Part shown: piece after piece, positions 49,387 through 57,678 of the stretch
How the letters are laid out: each line of letters starts with the position of its first letter
Position numbering within the stretch: position 1 is the stretch's first letter
IMG/VR virus record: IMGVR_UViG_3300042564_002302
Span: 26,416 to 90,415 of that record
DNA from: a virus
Strand: one strand, 5' to 3'
Length of the DNA: 64,000 bases
Made by a program: the position numbers and the translations under genes
Notes under the pieces: model-generated
The model's input: only the letters and a program-made list of their open reading frames with translations
Database searches by the model: none
Told to the model about the DNA's origin: nothing

Positions 49387-50156
49387 TGGGAAGAGACATT
49401 GTAACAAACCTCAAGTTTAAAAAGGTTAACGGTAATTTTGATCCAATTGAGTTTGGAAGACTTATATCTGAGGCCTATACTGAGGGTAGAAATTTAGATC
49501 GTTGGGCAAAGAAGAGCACCTTTTCTCCTAGCACAATTGGTTATGGTCACGGAATGTGTCCTCGATACTGGTTCATTGCTTTCAATGGATCAAACTTTGA
49601 GGACAATTTTGATGCTGTAGCAATTGCTAATATGGAGAATGGAAAACAGGCTCACGATAGAATACAAACCCTGTTACAAAATACTCATGTACTAAAAGAA
49701 ATTGAGCGTGAGATATTGTGTAATGATCCTCCAATCAGAGGCTTTGCAGATATCATCCTTGATTGGAACGGCAAAGAAGTTATTGGTGAGCTTAAGACAG
49801 TGAAAGAAGAAGTATTTGCTACAAGACAAGCTCAAATGTCACCTTCTGACTCACACAGAATTCAACTTCTACTCTACATGTGGGTAGAAAATGTAGAAGA
49901 GGGCTTCTTGATGTACGAGAATAAAAATAATAATGAGATTTTAATTATGCCTATGTCTATGAATGACAGAAATAGAAAGTACATTGAGAATATCATTGAC
50001 TGGATGAAAGTTGTTTATAAGACATGGAAAGACGGCATGCTTCCAGAGAGAGCCTTTACTAAGTCAACACCTACTTGCAAGAATTGCCCTGTAAGAAAAG
50101 AATGTTGGAGTGGTGAAATGGGAGACATACAGATTAATAAACTGGATGTGAAGTAG
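49386..50156 (+). CDS. Cas4-like/RecB-family exonuclease
   Basis: FSPS...CPR, H, GFAD, ELKT, Q..LY, C..CP....C (Fe-S cysteines). Confidence 0.88.
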   Translation: MGRDIVTNLKFKKVNGNFDPIEFGRLISEAYTEGRNLDRWAKKSTFSPSTIGYGHGMCPRYWFIAFNGSNFEDNFDAVAIANMENGKQAHDRIQTLLQNTHVLKEIEREILCNDPPIRGFADIILDWNGKEVIGELKTVKEEVFATRQAQMSPSDSHRIQLLLYMWVENVEEGFLMYENKNNNEILIMPMSMNDRNRKYIENIIDWMKVVYKTWKDGMLPERAFTKSTPTCKNCPVRKECWSGEMGDIQINKLDVK

Positions 50157-50434
50157 TGTTAGAGTGTGCAAGGCCAGAATGCGGCCAACAGTTTGAGTCA
50201 AAGACTCATAACCAAAAGTATTGCTCGGATGAGTGTTGCCGTATTGCAACAAATAAAAGAATTATGGAAAAGTATTATGAGAAAAAGGCTATCAAAAATG
50301 GTGCTCCAAGGTCCTGTAAATGTGGCAATCTTCTAAGTAGGTATAACCACGATAGCATATGCTCAAAATGCCAGACTGACAAGAAGTCTAAAAATAAAAA
50401 GGATCTTTTGGAGATAATAAGTGTCTTTAAGTGA
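50156..50434 (+). CDS. Cys-rich zinc finger protein
   Basis: C...C...QKYCSDEC; CKC...CSKC. Confidence 0.7.
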   Translation: MLECARPECGQQFESKTHNQKYCSDECCRIATNKRIMEKYYEKKAIKNGAPRSCKCGNLLSRYNHDSICSKCQTDKKSKNKKDLLEIISVFK

Positions 50435-50987
50435 TTTAATTAAGCATAAAGCATCAACTGTTATTGGAATAGACGCCTCTACCAACTCCATAGCTTTTTG
50501 TTTAATAAAAGACGGTGTGCCAGAAAGATATGGCAAGATACTTTTAAATGGACAAGATATCTATGAGAAGATAGCGGATGCTAGAAATAAGGTTCATGCT
50601 ATGAAAGATATGCTTAGCGCTGATTATATAGCAATGGAAGGCGCCATTATGGTTAAATCTGCTGATGCTGTAATCAAACTGTCATATGTGTATGGTGTTG
50701 TTTTAGGTGAGCTAATGCAGAATAATCCAAAGGTTATTACAGTTGCACCAAGCTCATGGCAGTCTTTTATAGGCAATAATAACTTAAACAATGTTGAAAA
50801 GGCAAGGATAAAGGCTGAGTTCCCAGATAAGAGCGACTCATGGTACAAGTCTAAGATGCGTGAAGTACGTAAAGAGAAGACAGTGACCTGGGTAAAGAAA
50901 GCTTTTGATGTTGAGTTAGACGATTTTGATGTGGCAGACTCATTTGGAATTGCCAACTATGCATATAAGAAGTTGACGGAAAGATAA
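50421..50987 (+). CDS. RuvC-like Holliday junction resolvase
   Basis: IGIDAS, IAME, PSSW, DVADSFGIA. Confidence 0.85.
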   Translation: MSLSDLIKHKASTVIGIDASTNSIAFCLIKDGVPERYGKILLNGQDIYEKIADARNKVHAMKDMLSADYIAMEGAIMVKSADAVIKLSYVYGVVLGELMQNNPKVITVAPSSWQSFIGNNNLNNVEKARIKAEFPDKSDSWYKSKMREVRKEKTVTWVKKAFDVELDDFDVADSFGIANYAYKKLTER

Positions 50988-51148
50988 TGAAGCTTTACGA
51001 AAGCAAAGAGTATCTTCATAGAAGGTACGTACTTCAAAAGAAGACAATTAAAGAAATAGCAGACGAATGCGGTTGTTCGCATATGACTATCCAGAGGTAT
51101 TTGGAAAAGTTTGGGTTAATTAAGAATCAAAGGAAATGGACAAAATGA
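50987..51148 (+). CDS. Small HTH protein (53 aa, not in ORF track)
   Basis: MKLYESKEYL.RRY....KTIKEIADECGCSHMTIQRYLEKFG. Confidence 0.75.
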   Translation: MKLYESKEYLHRRYVLQKKTIKEIADECGCSHMTIQRYLEKFGLIKNQRKWTK

Positions 51149-51951
51149 CAATATCACTTAGCAAGGTTGCACACATAGATGACTTTTCAGATCCAGATTT
51201 TGAAAAGATCTTTAAGAAATATAATCTTAGTGGAATTGCAACATTTCCACAGGCTGAGCCATCTATTTTAAATAGAAAAACTTGGGAAATTGGAATGGCT
51301 CTCATATCATTTGAAAAGCTTGGAATCATGTCAGATAAACTGGAGGTTCTTGGCATAGGTGCCGCTAAAGAAGAAACGATATCTATTTTGTCTAACATTG
51401 TTAAGAGAGTTTTTGCAACAGATATTTATTTAGAGCCAGGCACATGGGGTGAATGGTATGAAAGAGACATTCTAATTGATGCAAGAAAGTACATGGGTCC
51501 AGTTTATAATCATAAGAGGGTTGTCTGGCAGCATGTTGACGGAAGAGATTTGCCTTACGAAGACAACTCTATGGATGCTGTGTTTAGCTGTAGTTCCCTA
51601 GAACACTTTGGATCAGAAGCAGACATTAGAAAAGCAGTTGAAGAAGCCTGTAGAGTTCTTAAGCCAGGAGGCGTGGCAGCAATTTCATCAGAGTATAAGA
51701 TTGAAGGAAACGGTGACGGCTTTGCCAATGTACAATTGTTTGATAAAGAAAGATTAAATAAGGTCTGGTTTGATGGAATTCCATGGACGTTACAGGGAAA
51801 ACTTGATCTTAAATTAGATGACACAGATTACATAGACTTTGAAAAATCTATTCATGATAATGAGTACAAAAAGACAGCACATCCACACATTAAACTGGAT
51901 AATGGAATGTATAAGTGGACAAGTATTCATATGACATTCATAAAAGATTAA
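51136..51951 (+). CDS. Class I SAM-dependent methyltransferase (Methyltransf_11-like)
   Basis: VLGIGA, VFATD, DGRDLPYEDNSMDAVFSCSSLEH, RVLKPGG. Confidence 0.88.
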   Translation: MDKMTISLSKVAHIDDFSDPDFEKIFKKYNLSGIATFPQAEPSILNRKTWEIGMALISFEKLGIMSDKLEVLGIGAAKEETISILSNIVKRVFATDIYLEPGTWGEWYERDILIDARKYMGPVYNHKRVVWQHVDGRDLPYEDNSMDAVFSCSSLEHFGSEADIRKAVEEACRVLKPGGVAAISSEYKIEGNGDGFANVQLFDKERLNKVWFDGIPWTLQGKLDLKLDDTDYIDFEKSIHDNEYKKTAHPHIKLDNGMYKWTSIHMTFIKD

Positions 51952-51970
51952 CCATCTCAGTTAATTAGAT

Positions 51971-51999
51971 TTGACATTCTAGTCAACCAATAGTATACT
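51971..51999 (+). promoter_or_regulatory. Sigma70/SigA-type promoter with an overlapping palindrome
   Basis: TTGACA-17-TATACT; TTGAC-N6-GTCAA. Confidence 0.8.
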
Positions 52000-52021
52000 T
52001 GTATAGAAGTCAGGAGACAAT

Positions 52022-52588
52022 GTGTCTGAAATTGAATTAGCTGAGCGCTATGACAGAATGAATTCTGTTGTTGAGCAAATGCTTATGGGCAATAGCCCAA
52101 CTCAAATTGCTAAGCAATTAACAATCCCACGTAAAGAAGTTTTAGAGCTTATAGACGAGTGGAAGACTATTGTCCGTGATGACTCAAATGCTAGAGATCG
52201 TGCAAAAGAAGCCGTTTCAGGTGCAGATCAGCATTATGCAATGCTAATTAAAGAAGCGTGGAAGACTGTAGAAGACGCAGATATAGCAGGCCAACTAGGA
52301 GTTAAAGCAACATCCCTAAAGCTTATAGCAGACATTGAAGCTAAAAGAATTACAATGTTGCAGCAACTTGGGCTGCTTGATAACGCAGAGCTTGCTGGAC
52401 AGTTAGCAGAAACAGAAAGAAAACAAGACATTCTTATTGGAATACTTAAAGATATCTCAGCAGAGTACCCAGAAGTTAGAAATGAAATTATGAGAAGGCT
52501 TTCTCAGATATCAAATAAGGTTGAAGAAATTATAGTTCAAGACAACGTTACCCCATTGAGAAGTGTGGAAAACGAAGATGTCGTTTGA
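52022..52588 (+). CDS. Terminase small subunit (putative)
   Basis: N-terminal HTH (GNSPTQIAKQL) plus helices; directly upstream of TerL. Confidence 0.6.
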   Translation: MSEIELAERYDRMNSVVEQMLMGNSPTQIAKQLTIPRKEVLELIDEWKTIVRDDSNARDRAKEAVSGADQHYAMLIKEAWKTVEDADIAGQLGVKATSLKLIADIEAKRITMLQQLGLLDNAELAGQLAETERKQDILIGILKDISAEYPEVRNEIMRRLSQISNKVEEIIVQDNVTPLRSVENEDVV

Positions 52589-54356
52589 TTTTGCAGACAT
52601 AATTGATATCCTTGACGGAGAAGAATTCGAAGAACGCCCAGTAGACGTTGCAGAGTTTGTAACCAGCGAGGCATACCTAGGGCTACCACCACTATCTGAT
52701 TATCAGTATAGACTTATTCGTGCAAGCTCACAGATATATAAAAAAGCTACACTAATTAAACTTTATGGTGAAGAGGCTGGCGAAAAGCGCTGGAAAGAAA
52801 CAGTTAACGAAGTTATTGCTCAGCTAGGTAAGGGTTCTGGTAAAGACTACTCATCAACAGTTGCAGTATCTTATATCGTGTACCTACTGTTATGTTTAAA
52901 GGATCCAGCAAAGTATTTTGGAAAGCCACCTGGAGATTCAATTGACATTATCAATATTGCTGTTAACGCACAGCAGGCTAAGAATGTTTTCTTTAAAGGC
53001 TTAAAGAATCGAATAGATAAGTCACCTTGGTTTGCAGGTCGATATGTTCCAAAGGCAGACGTAATTGAGTTTGACAAGGGGATTAGCTGTCACTCTGGTC
53101 ACTCTGAAAGAGAAGCGTTTGAGGGTTATAACGCACTGGTAGTTATTCTCGATGAGATCTCTGGATTTAGTATTGACAATACAACTGGACATGAGCAGGC
53201 AAAGACGGCTGGAGCAATATATGATATGTATCGTGCATCAGTTGACTCACGTTTCCCAGACTTTGGCAAGGTGATCTTGCTTTCATTTCCAAGATATAAG
53301 AATGACTATATTCAACAAAGATATAACTCTGTTATAGCAAACAAAGAAGTTGAGATAAAGTCTCATAAGTTTAAGATGGATGAAGAGTTACCAGACGGAG
53401 TAGAAGGCAATGAGTTCTCAATTGAGTGGGAGCAGGACAACATTATCGCATACACTATTCCAAAAGTTTTTGCTTTGAAGAGACCTACTTGGGAAGTTAA
53501 TCCAACTAGAGTCATTGATGACTTCAAGGTTGCATTCTATACTAATCCTACAGATGCCCTATCAAGATTCGCCTGCATGCCTCCAGAGGCCGTAGACGCC
53601 TTCTTTAAGTCACGAGAGAAGATCGAGACAGCTTTTGTAACTGGAAACGGTGTAGACGAATCTGGGCGTTTTGAGGAATGGTTTAAGCCAGACGACAGCT
53701 TAGAGTACTTTGTTCACGTTGACCTTGCACAAAAGCATGACCATTGTGCAGTATCTATGTCACATATTAAAGAGTGGGTGAAAGTTAGATCATTTAATGA
53801 TTACGAGCAGATAGCTCCAGTAATTGTTGTAGATGCAGTTAGATGGTGGACACCAACCTCAGACAAATCTGTTGACTTTACAGAAGTAAAAGACTATATA
53901 GTTTCTTTAAAATCAAGAGGGTTTAACGTAAGATTAGTCACATTTGACAGATGGAACTCTCATGATATGATGCAGCAGATTAAGAATTATAATATAAATA
54001 CAGAAATATTGTCTGTTGCCAAGAAGCACTATGAAGATATGGCGCTTGTTGTAATGGAAGAAAGAGTGAAGGGGCCAAACATTAAGCTTTTAATAGATGA
54101 GCTTCTTCAATTAAGAATAATTAGGGATAAAGTTGATCACCCTAGAAAAGGATCAAAGGACTTAGCTGATGCTGTGTGTGGGTCTGTATACAATGCAATC
54201 TCTAGAACACGTAGAGACTTGAATAGAGAGATAGAGATACATACATGGAAGGCTACGAAGGAAGATAACGTAAATCAGAATGTTACCAAGGACGGCGTTC
54301 CTAAGAGAATGCCACAAGAACTTGAGAACTTTATGTCAGGAATGAGTATACTATGA
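52578..54356 (+). CDS. terL: Terminase large subunit
   Basis: Walker A GKGSGKD, Walker B VILDE, nuclease HVDLA..HD, VDHP..GSKDLADA. ORF track starts at 52563. Confidence 0.92.
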   Translation: MSFDFADIIDILDGEEFEERPVDVAEFVTSEAYLGLPPLSDYQYRLIRASSQIYKKATLIKLYGEEAGEKRWKETVNEVIAQLGKGSGKDYSSTVAVSYIVYLLLCLKDPAKYFGKPPGDSIDIINIAVNAQQAKNVFFKGLKNRIDKSPWFAGRYVPKADVIEFDKGISCHSGHSEREAFEGYNALVVILDEISGFSIDNTTGHEQAKTAGAIYDMYRASVDSRFPDFGKVILLSFPRYKNDYIQQRYNSVIANKEVEIKSHKFKMDEELPDGVEGNEFSIEWEQDNIIAYTIPKVFALKRPTWEVNPTRVIDDFKVAFYTNPTDALSRFACMPPEAVDAFFKSREKIETAFVTGNGVDESGRFEEWFKPDDSLEYFVHVDLAQKHDHCAVSMSHIKEWVKVRSFNDYEQIAPVIVVDAVRWWTPTSDKSVDFTEVKDYIVSLKSRGFNVRLVTFDRWNSHDMMQQIKNYNINTEILSVAKKHYEDMALVVMEERVKGPNIKLLIDELLQLRIIRDKVDHPRKGSKDLADAVCGSVYNAISRTRRDLNREIEIHTWKATKEDNVNQNVTKDGVPKRMPQELENFMSGMSIL

Positions 54357-54577
54357 ATAAATATCAAGAGCAGGCAAAGAACTGCAAGTGTGTTGGAAAG
54401 CATATACCGCTACCAACCAAACTTCAAAGCTTTAATGGAGTTGAGCTTTGTCCAACAACCTACTACAATGTACTTGAGTACCAAAAAATGTGGCAGGTTC
54501 TAGGTTCAGAGCCACCAGGAAGCGTCAGAAAACACTTTAGCGAGTATGTACAAGAGTTAGTAAAGGGAGCTATGTAA
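54353..54577 (+). CDS. Hypothetical protein
   Basis: ATGA overlap; CKC...CPTT. Confidence 0.6.
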   Translation: MNKYQEQAKNCKCVGKHIPLPTKLQSFNGVELCPTTYYNVLEYQKMWQVLGSEPPGSVRKHFSEYVQELVKGAM

Positions 54578-55129
54578 ATGTTTGAGCCAGTAATTGTTGA
54601 TAGCGTATTTAGTCCGTCAGATTTTTCTGATTTAAGGTTCCATATTGATACTATCCTGTCTTCTACTACATATGATCCAACATTTCAAAGAAGCTTAAAG
54701 AACTCTCCAGAGTTAGAAAATCATTTTAGTAAGATTCTAGAGCCGATGGCTAAGGAGATATTTAAAGATAATACTTTAAAAACTAGTTATACATTATACT
54801 CTAAATATCAAAATCCAAAGTCGTGGTTAAAGAAGCATAAAGATGACAATGCCTGCACCTATACACTAGATCTTTGTTTATCTGCACAGACACCTTGGGG
54901 TATATTTGTTGAAGGCACAGAATATTTATTGTCACAGAATCAAGCCTTAGCCTTTATGGGTGAGGACCAGGAGCATTGGCGTGGACCTTTCCCAGATCCA
55001 GAAACAAACTGTGTCGAGATGATATTTTTCCACTTTGTGCCAGAAGATCATTGGTTTTTTACAAAGGGACGTGACTACATTCACGAAATTAGAGGTCAAA
55101 AGGGTATTTACAATTCCGCTAAAATGTAG
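54578..55129 (+). CDS. 2OG-Fe(II) oxygenase-like protein
   Basis: KHKDDNACTYTLDLCL...EHWR..FP; paralogue of 5839-6384. Confidence 0.8.
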   Translation: MFEPVIVDSVFSPSDFSDLRFHIDTILSSTTYDPTFQRSLKNSPELENHFSKILEPMAKEIFKDNTLKTSYTLYSKYQNPKSWLKKHKDDNACTYTLDLCLSAQTPWGIFVEGTEYLLSQNQALAFMGEDQEHWRGPFPDPETNCVEMIFFHFVPEDHWFFTKGRDYIHEIRGQKGIYNSAKM

Positions 55130-55146
55130 TAGAATATCTACAGAAA

Positions 55147-55220
55147 GCGGCAATAGCTTAGTTGGTTAAAGCCCCGAACTCATAATTCGGTAATCGTAGG
55201 TTCAAGTCCTACTTGCCGCA
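55147..55220 (+). tRNA. tRNA with CAT anticodon (elongator Met or Ile2)
   Basis: GCGGCAA/TTGCCGC acceptor, CCGAA-CTCATAA-TTCGG, GTAGG-TTCAAGT-CCTAC; CCA not encoded. Confidence 0.92.
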
Positions 55221-55237
55221 CAAAGAAAGGAGTAACG

Positions 55238-55342
55238 ATGGCTAACAAAGAACAAAAAGGAAACGCAAATAAAAAGAAAGAGCCTAAGCTCTCTCTAAAA
55301 GAAAAGCGTGTAAAGAAGCAAGAAAAGAAAAACAATAAGTAG
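55238..55342 (+). CDS. Very small Lys-rich protein (34 aa, not in ORF track)
   Basis: RBS AAAGGAG; MANKEQKGNANKKKEPKLSLKEKRVKKQEKKNNK. Confidence 0.7.
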   Translation: MANKEQKGNANKKKEPKLSLKEKRVKKQEKKNNK

Positions 55343-55348
55343 TATAAT

Positions 55349-55423
55349 TGTATTACCAGAGTTTGCGGAGACGCTGCTATGGTCCTGGCCAACGTGCTTG
55401 TAGGTACCTTGGGATGGAATACA
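55349..55423 (+). ncRNA. Putative structured RNA of unknown class
   Basis: Follows TATAAT (55343-48); GC-richer than its flanks; closing helix TGTATT(A)CCA/TGGAATACA around three short hairpins; strong hairpin follows. Confidence 0.4.
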
Positions 55424-55429
55424 GTTACC

Positions 55430-55461
55430 GCTGCCCAACAGAAATGTTGGGCAGTGTATTT
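55430..55461 (+). terminator. Terminator-like hairpin
   Basis: GCTGCCCAACA-GAAA-TGTTGGGCAGT followed by gtattt. Confidence 0.75.
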
Positions 55462-55474
55462 ATAGAAGGAATAT

Positions 55475-55801
55475 ATGGACGATTATTCAGAATTCGAAGA
55501 GATGTCAGAGGAGTATTTTAATCATATGATGGAATATTACACAAGGATAGGCGCTATAGAGGTAACTGGTATGACGGAAGACGGAGAGGTTATGTACGCC
55601 ATAACTGATCTTGCAGAAGAGGTTGCCCCAGAACTTTGGAAGATGCATCACGATGCAATAGATGAGACGCTGGTTGATCTTTACAAAAAGGGTTTGGTTG
55701 AGGTAGAATATGATGAAGACCTTAACGCTAATATGAAGTTGTCAGAAGAGGGAACCAAGCTGATGGAGTCATACGGATTCTACAAGATGGATGAGGAATA
55801 A
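55475..55801 (+). CDS. Acidic hypothetical protein (winged-helix-like)
   Basis: RBS AAGGA; two L..KG.VEV-like units. Confidence 0.65.
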   Translation: MDDYSEFEEMSEEYFNHMMEYYTRIGAIEVTGMTEDGEVMYAITDLAEEVAPELWKMHHDAIDETLVDLYKKGLVEVEYDEDLNANMKLSEEGTKLMESYGFYKMDEE

Positions 55802-55803
55802 AA

Positions 55804-56034
55804 GTGAATGAAGTAAAGCTAACAGAAGATCAGGCAAAAAATCTTGAGTCTTTTGTTTCTGATCATATGATGGCATGCTCTACATATATTTATGAAGAAG
55901 GTGCAGAATTGCCAGAAGGCTGGGAGCCTTATGGGGTTTACGATGGTTGTGAAGTTTGTGATACAAGAGAGCAACTTATGGCTACTTTTGATTGGTTAAG
56001 AACACATAAGCTTGTCGACATATTTGTCGGCTAA
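55804..56034 (+). CDS. Hypothetical protein
   Basis: RBS GAGG; DGCEVC. Confidence 0.6.
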   Translation: MNEVKLTEDQAKNLESFVSDHMMACSTYIYEEGAELPEGWEPYGVYDGCEVCDTREQLMATFDWLRTHKLVDIFVG

Positions 56035-56039
56035 ATAAT

Positions 56040-56115
56040 GCCTTCGTAGCTCAGGGGATAGAGCGACGGACTTCTAATCCGCAGGTCGCTGGTTCGATTC
56101 CAGCCGAGGGCGCCA
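56040..56115 (+). tRNA. tRNA-Arg(TCT)
   Basis: GCCTTCG/CGAGGGC acceptor, CTTCTAA loop, GCTGG-TTCGATT-CCAGC, encoded CCA. Confidence 0.93.
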
Positions 56116-56144
56116 TTGACTATGTTTGTTTAATAAAGTATAAT
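56116..56144 (+). promoter_or_regulatory. Sigma70/SigA-type promoter
   Basis: TTGACT-17-TATAAT. Confidence 0.8.
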
Positions 56145-56168
56145 ATAGATATAACTAAGGAGATAAAG

Positions 56169-56540
56169 ATGGCACAAGGTCCATGTTGGGATGGCTATGA
56201 ACAAGTTGGATGGAAAACACAAGATGGTAAAAGAGTACCAAACTGTGTTCCAAAGAATAGAACTAAAAAAGCCGCAGATAGATTCGAGATTGTAGAAAAT
56301 CACCCAAGATGTGAGGGTGTTGCATTAGTTGAACTAGATGGTACCACAGTCCTTTGCTACCTAAATAGAGAAGAAGCACAAGCCGCACTTGAAGATATGA
56401 GATTAGAAGAGCCACCAGCTTCTGTAAGACCAAATGAAGATACATTGAAATCTAAGGATAACGATGATGAGTCTGGTGAGTCACATGACAAAAAAAAGAA
56501 GAAAAAGAAGAGCGATTTCTGGAGAGGATCATTTGCATGA
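56169..56540 (+). CDS. Hypothetical protein with CWxGY...VPNCV motif
   Basis: GPCWDGYEQVGWKTQDGKRVPNCVP; RBS AAGGAG. Confidence 0.7.
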   Translation: MAQGPCWDGYEQVGWKTQDGKRVPNCVPKNRTKKAADRFEIVENHPRCEGVALVELDGTTVLCYLNREEAQAALEDMRLEEPPASVRPNEDTLKSKDNDDESGESHDKKKKKKKSDFWRGSFA

Positions 56541-56758
56541 TTGCAGTAGAAGATAAGGTTGAAGAGGTAGAGCTCACAGCAAAAGATCGTTGTGATGGAT
56601 GCGGAGCACAGGCCTTTGTCTATCTAAAGGGAATCTCAGGAGAACTATATTTCTGTGGCCACCACTACGCAAAAAATGAAGAAAAATTAAAGGCTTGGGC
56701 CTTTACAATCACAGATAAGCGTGATACAATTAACAAGAAGTCAGAATCCAGTAACTAG
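56537..56758 (+). CDS. Small zinc-finger protein of actinobacterial type
   Basis: LTAKDRCDGCGAQA...GELYFCGHH. Confidence 0.7.
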   Translation: MIAVEDKVEEVELTAKDRCDGCGAQAFVYLKGISGELYFCGHHYAKNEEKLKAWAFTITDKRDTINKKSESSN

Positions 56759-56773
56759 TAGATAGGAAATCTC

Positions 56774-57250
56774 GTGCAAACATTTTTGCCATACGAGGAC
56801 TTTGAGCAGACTGCATCGGTACTAGACTCAAAGAGATTAAATAAACAATTGTTAGAAGGTCGTCAAATCTTAGCAGCATTGGCTGGACTAAGTAAGGGCT
56901 GGACGCATCATCCAGCAACTAAAATGTGGGCAGGCTCAGAAGCCGTACTGCACAGATATCTAAAAGCGGTAGCAAAAGAATGCTTTGAGCGTGGAATTAA
57001 ATACGAAAATAATCTATATGTAATTGATAATATAGTAGAAGACTTCTTTCAGGATATCTCGCATAACAGCAGACCATTTTGGATGAAAGATAAAACAATG
57101 CTACAACGTGTCAATATTACACACCAAGCAAATTTGTACAGAAAGGATAGCCACGAGTATAATATTTTTCAGCCTTCGTTTGACGATGTATTAAATGATC
57201 CATGCTGTGAAAGGTGTAACTACTTTTGGCCAACACATGCCCGTATATGA
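56774..57250 (+). CDS. MSMEG_6728-family / pyrimidine-dimer DNA glycosylase-like protein
   Basis: MQTFLPY..F...A..LD.KRLNKQ..E..Q, GW.HHPA.KMW.G, HQANLYRKD, Y.WP. Confidence 0.8.
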   Translation: MQTFLPYEDFEQTASVLDSKRLNKQLLEGRQILAALAGLSKGWTHHPATKMWAGSEAVLHRYLKAVAKECFERGIKYENNLYVIDNIVEDFFQDISHNSRPFWMKDKTMLQRVNITHQANLYRKDSHEYNIFQPSFDDVLNDPCCERCNYFWPTHARI

Positions 57251-57425
57251 ATATAAATGTAGTGAGGATGACTCACACGCACTTCTCTCAGTAACACGTT
57301 CAATTTCTGAAGAAGATCCAGGGTACATATGTGAAGAATGTGATGCTGAGATGGTAAGACACTTTACTCCTTTTGGCATACAGTTTAAGGGTTCTGGCTT
57401 CTATAAGACAGATAATGCTAGATAG
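57237..57425 (+). CDS. FmdB-family zinc-ribbon protein
   Basis: MPVYEYKC...CEEC...IQFKGSGFYKTD. Confidence 0.85.
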   Translation: MPVYEYKCSEDDSHALLSVTRSISEEDPGYICEECDAEMVRHFTPFGIQFKGSGFYKTDNAR

Positions 57426-57431
57426 TATTAT

Positions 57432-57504
57432 TGGGGATTAGCTCAGCAGGCAGAGCGGGAAGCTGTTAACTTCTAGGTCGCTGGTTCGAATCCAGCATCC
57501 CCAG
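57432..57504 (+). tRNA. tRNA-Asn(GTT)
   Basis: TGGGGAT/ATCCCCA acceptor, CTGTTAA loop, TTCGAAT T-loop. Confidence 0.93.
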
Positions 57505-57508
57505 CAAG

Positions 57509-57582
57509 GCGAGTGTTGCATAATGGTAGTGCACCATCCTTCCAAGTTGGTTGTGCCAGTTCGATTCTGGTCACTCGCTCCA
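57509..57582 (+). tRNA. tRNA-Gly(TCC)
   Basis: GCGAGTG/CACTCGC acceptor, CTTCCAA loop, T discriminator plus CCA. Confidence 0.92.
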
Positions 57583-57583
57583 T

Positions 57584-57657
57584 GGTCTCGTAGCTCAGTT
57601 GGTTAGAGCGCTACCCTGTCACGGTAGAGGTCGACGGTTCAAGTCCGTTCGGGATCG
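57584..57657 (+). tRNA. tRNA-Asp(GTC)
   Basis: GGTCTCG/CGGGATC acceptor, CTACC-CTGTCAC-GGTAG. Confidence 0.93.
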
Positions 57658-57663
57658 CTTAAA

Positions 57664-57672
57664 TGGTATAAT
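57664..57672 (+). promoter_or_regulatory. Extended -10 leaderless promoter
   Basis: TGGTATAAT, 6 nt, then ATG 57679; no SD. Confidence 0.65.
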
Positions 57673-57678
57673 TTAAGT

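Noticed and set aside
49386-50156. Cas4-like gene as a CRISPR system
   Set aside because: No array or other cas genes; solo Cas4-like nucleases are common in phage recombination modules.
40057-54356. Inteins or introns in DnaB, DnaE, RecA, TerL
   Set aside because: Lengths are normal and motifs are contiguous.
55349-55423. SAM-I/IV riboswitch call (words CAGAG, GCGGAG, CTATG, GGCCAAC, GGTACC, GATG in similar order)
   Set aside because: The P2/P3 pairings and pseudoknot could not be built; kept only as an unknown RNA.
55370-55425. HDV-like/theta ribozyme near tRNA (TGG-TCCTGG-CCA resembles P3/L3)
   Set aside because: No matching P1 or P2 strands found.
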